From assembly GCA_008363385.1 (NCBI GenBank), contig RHKY01000005.1, positions 128,518-192,517 of the forward strand: DNA of 64,000 nt. The letters are read 5' to 3'. This DNA comes from Acidobacteriota bacterium. GTDB lineage: Bacteria; Acidobacteriota; Thermoanaerobaculia; UBA5066. Under the pieces are notes generated by a model. It saw only the letters and a program-made list of their open reading frames with translations. It had not been told where the DNA came from and ran no database searches. Positions 63,909 to 64,000 of this stretch are shown here, piece by piece. The position numbers were made by a program, and so were the translations under genes. Each line of letters begins with the position of its first letter. The first letter of the stretch is position 1.

Positions 63909-64000
63909 CGAACGTCACCTTGTTGACCTCGCGAAGCGTCGTCTCGCCGTGGAAGACCTTCTCGAGCGCCGACTCGCGCAGGAAGGACATCCCCTCCTCC
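63905..64000 (-). CDS. gspE: Type II secretion / type IV pilus ATPase GspE/PilB, C-terminal fragment (the gene continues beyond the window)
   Basis: Minus-strand translation ...EEGMSFLRESALEKVFHGETTLREVNKVTFVE* matches the conserved C-terminal tail of GspE-family ATPases. Confidence 0.65.
   Translation of the reverse strand, partial: GGGDVLPARVGAREGLPRRDDASRGQQGDVR

Overview
A densely coding, ~72% GC bacterial chromosomal window. The gene content and GC level suggest a Myxococcota (Anaeromyxobacter-like) organism. This is an inference from GC content, the many σ54/NtrC-type regulators and the T4P genes.

Gene order across the window:
- 1..6984: respiratory nitrate reductase operon narG(partial)-H-J-I plus two tandem narK transporters.
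- 7014..14390: a complete Alternative Complex III operon (actABCDEF), directly downstream on the same strand.
- 14456..17220: a PAS histidine kinase and σ54-dependent response regulator pair.
- 17248..23070: on the minus strand, an Ara4N-type lipid modification operon (standalone ArnA-like formyltransferase, ArnC, ArnT) fused to a Wzm/Wzt-type ABC-2 exporter.
- 23156..24703: an ABC family-5 substrate-binding lipoprotein.
- 24842..27074: a secreted hypothetical, then an SRPBCC protein followed by an N-terminally short Fic-domain gene.
- 27076..45166: EttA, two GGDEF diguanylate cyclases, PAP2, DUF2785, thioesterase, S9 peptidase, aminotransferase, DUF4198, a signal-peptide protein with 16-aa β-helix-like repeats, a TPP enzyme, a secreted tandem-domain protein, a second HK/σ54-RR pair and DUF456.
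- 45154..50071: an ADP-heptose operon (gmhA-hldE-gmhB) containing an unexpected deoxyhypusine-synthase-like gene and coupled to TlpA-like and redoxin genes.
- 50068..54536: purL / rsgA / purQ / purS.
- 54533..57092: MBL hydrolase, dut, M16 peptidase.
- 57134..64000: a type II secretion / type IV pilus-like cluster (three GspG-like pseudopilins, a secretin with a C-terminal extension, PilP/O/N/M, partial GspE).

No CRISPR, rRNA, tRNA or mobile elements were seen. Many long ORFs in alternate frames are high-GC artefacts. Coordinates derived by hand from protein residue counts carry ±1–3 nt uncertainty.
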